A DNA stretch of 64,000 nt from an uncultured Planctomycetota bacterium (GTDB lineage: Bacteria > Planctomycetota > Planctomycetia > Isosphaerales > Isosphaeraceae), in NCBI GenBank assembly GCA_963737655.1, contig CAVTTN010000002.1, positions 1,216,001 through 1,280,000 on the forward strand. The letters are read 5' to 3'. This document shows, one piece after another, positions 61,301-64,000 of the stretch. The notes below the pieces were generated by a model. It was not told the DNA's origin. It did not search any database and saw only the letters and a list, made by a program, of their open reading frames with translations. The number at the start of each line of letters is the position of its first letter. Position 1 is the stretch's first letter. A program made the position numbers and the translations under genes.

Positions 61301-64000
61301 ATGACCACCGTGATCGTCGGCGGGACCGTGCTCGATCCCGGAGGCGGCGAGACCCATACCGTCCTGGTCGACTGGAAGGACGGCTCGACGACCACCGTGA
61401 ACCTCGCCGTCGGCCAGTCCTTCTTCACCGCCACCCACAACTACCCGCAGGACTCCTCCACGGCCTATGCGATCACGGCGAGGGTGACCGACTCCTTCGG
61501 CGCCTCCGGGACGGCCGGGGTGGCCGTCACCGTCCACAACGACCCGCCGACGATCGCGACCCTCACGGTCTCGCCCGGGACCACGATCCTCGAGGGGACG
61601 AAGGTCCTGCTCACCGGCTCGTTCACCGATCCCGGGGCGCTGGACTCTCACGATGTGACCGTCCACTGGGGAGACGGCTCGTCGGACTACACGTTCCACC
61701 TCGCGGCCGGCGTGACGTCGTTCAACGCCGGGTCCGACCCGAACCTCTCGCACGTGTATGCCGACAACCCCACGGCCCCGGCGACGAGCTTCGGCCTGTC
61801 CGTCACGGTCAAGGACAACGGCGGCGGTTCGACCGTCAGGAACGTCCCGGTCACCGTCCAGAACGGGGCGCCGACGCTCTCGGGCGTGGCCCTCAGCGCC
61901 CTGAACATCAACGAGGGCGACTCGGTCACCCTCTCCGGCCAGGTCGCCGACCCGGGCGTGAACGACTCTCACACCCTGACGATCGACTGGGGCGACGGCT
62001 CGGGGCTCCAGACGATCCAGCTCGCCCCGGGGAGCCAGGCGAACAAGCCCCTGCCGGGCGTCACGCCGTTCTCGGTGACCCACCAGTATGTGAACAACAC
62101 GGTCGGCCTGTCGCCGAGCTCGTTCGTCGTGACCGTGACCGCCACCGACAAGGACCTCGCCTCGACCTCGACCAGCCCCGGGACCGTCCGGGTCACCAAC
62201 CTCTCGCCGAAGGCCAGCATCGGCGAGGACCCGGCCCTGAACACCGACCCGTCGATGATCACGCTGACCTCCACGGCGTCCGACCCGGGGCCGGTCGATA
62301 ACCTCTCGCTCAACTACTCCTGGACGCTGACGAGGACCGACGGCGGGGTCGAGACCCTCCAGGGCGTCGGCTCCGCGTTCAAGCACTTCACCTTCGCCTC
62401 GGACGCCAGCAATACGTATGACGTGGCGCTGACGGTCACCGACCTCGACGGCCTGAGCGACACCGTGATGTCGCTGGTGATCGTCCCGACCGGCAGCTCA
62501 TACGAGGTCACCGGCGACCTGCACGGCCACACCCAGGCCGTCGTCCTGTCCAACAGCGACGGCTTCACCGTCGATGCCACGAAGTCGACGATCCCGGTCT
62601 TCGTCGACGCCCAGGGGATGAATTCGACGGTCCTCGGCGGCCCGGGGAACGACACGATCGTCACCGGACACGGCAACGACTCGATCAACGGCGGGATGGG
62701 GAACAACTACTACAACGTCGTCATCGGCAGCAGCCCGACGATCACCCAGCCGAACGCCCCGGGCACCGTCGCCACGATCGACCTGTCCCGGACCAACTTC
62801 GCCGTGAGCGTGGACCTGAGCATCACCGGGACCCCGCAGATGGTCGATCAGTCGATCGGCCGGAACGACTCCTTGACGCTCAACGGGTCGTTCCAGGACC
62901 TCATCGACACGTCGGGCAACAACGACACGTTGATGGGCAATTCCGGCGACAACCTGATCCGTGGCGGGACCGGGGACGACCTCCTCTTCGGCGGAGCCGG
63001 CAACGACACGATCTATTCCGGGTCGGCGGCCGGGAACCAATCGACGCTCAAGGGAGGCGCCGGTTCGAGCCTCCTGTTCGGCGGCCTGGGCAACGACTCG
63101 GTGGTCTCCGGGTCTCTGGCCGGGGGCCACAGCACCCTGGTGGGCGGCCCGGGCAACCAGATCCTCTTCGGCGGCCTGGGGAACGACTCGCTGGTCTCCG
63201 GGTCTCTGGTCGGGAACCAGACGACGCTGATGGGCGGCCCGGGCAACCAGATCCTCTTCGGCGGCCTCGGCAACGACACGCTGATGGCCACCGGCTCGGG
63301 CCAGAATACGCTGGTGGGCGGCTCGGGGGCCCAGCTCCTCTTCGGAGGGCTCGGGAACGACTCGATCGTGTCGAACTCCGGGCCGACGACGCCTCACACG
63401 GTGGTGGGCGGGGGCGGTTCGGACATCCTCTTCGGCGGCCTCGGGCCCGACACGGTGGGCGCCGGCTCGTTCTCGCCGACCGGCCAGTACACCCCGGGCA
63501 CGGGCAACAGCACGATCGTCGGCGGGCCCGGGCGCAAGTCCTCTTCGGCGGCCTGGGGAACGACTCGATCCAGGGCGGGACCGGCCCGAGCACGATCGCC
63601 GGCAACGGCGGGGCGGACATCCTCTTCGGCGGCGCCGGCAACGACACCATCGGCGCCGGCTCGTTCACCCCGGGCCCCAACGGCTCGATGACCTACACGC
63701 CGATGAGCGGCCCGGCCACCCTGGTGGGCGGATCGGGCAACGTCCTCCTGTTCGGCGGCCTCGGCCCGGATACGCTGGCCGCGGGCGGCTCGGGCCAGGA
63801 TACGTTGGTCGGCGGCCCCGGCGCCGAGGTCCTCTTCGGCGGCTCGGGTCCGAACACGATCAGCGGTGGAGGCGGCGGCGACACGATCCAGGCCGGGGCC
63901 GGCCCGACCCTGGCGTTCTCCGGCGACCCGGGCAACCCGAACGTCGGCTCGCCCGGCGACGTCTCGCTCCTGTTCGGCGGCAGCGGCCCGGACACCCTCG
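31365..64000 (+). CDS. Giant surface protein/adhesin (>10,800 aa, 3' end outside the window); frameshifts near 33755, 54842, 56485 and 63531
   Basis: Basic leader + LEPRLLLS; many NTIGG...GNVISGN beta-helix repeats. LamG-like domains at ~38115-38735, 40740-41380, 44293-44935, 48757-49345 and 52171-52805. Delta-60 propeller ~54835-56060, PKD ~59803-60055, FG-GAP ~60125-61245, PKD-like ~61300-62480, RTX-like GGxGND repeats from ~62635 to the end. Repeat phase continues across each frameshift. Confidence 0.9.

Noticed and set aside
35963..62386. Very long antisense and alternative-frame ORFs over the giant gene (e.g. 41045-46213, 49262-54664)
   Set aside because: These are shadow ORFs expected from high GC3 and repetitive codon use, with no recognisable domains.
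47935..63275. Short exact DNA repeats within the giant gene (e.g. ~47938 and ~48310; 63140-63270)
   Set aside because: They are explained by the encoded beta-helix and RTX-like peptide repeats.

Overview
GC-rich bacterial DNA that looks planctomycetal (Isosphaeraceae-like). This is inferred from a LEPRxLL-motif giant protein, membrane-anchored LRR proteins, a Ser/Thr kinase with TPR-like repeats and a Uma2 nuclease. The first ~31 kb holds secreted hydrolases and peptidases (SGNH, AGE epimerase, GH127-like, GH32, tricorn S41, an M14+S9 fusion), nadE, signalling genes (DUF4118-GAF, FHA-GAF-class III cyclase, kinase) and glycosyltransferases. The last ~32.6 kb is one giant surface-protein gene of more than 10,800 codons that runs off the window: beta-helix with inserted LamG and delta-60 modules, then PKD, FG-GAP and RTX-like repeats. 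About ten isolated single frameshifts interrupt otherwise intact genes and are most likely long-read indel errors. The most unusual signal is a pair of intergenic elements bounded by inverted heptamer arrays, (NNNNCAG)n...(CTGNNNN)n, each sitting between co-oriented genes. One encloses a four-helix-bundle (23S rRNA-IVP/Avd-like) gene (26163-26838); the other encloses a REP doublet (9143-9452). All family assignments are by eye from motifs; no searches were run.
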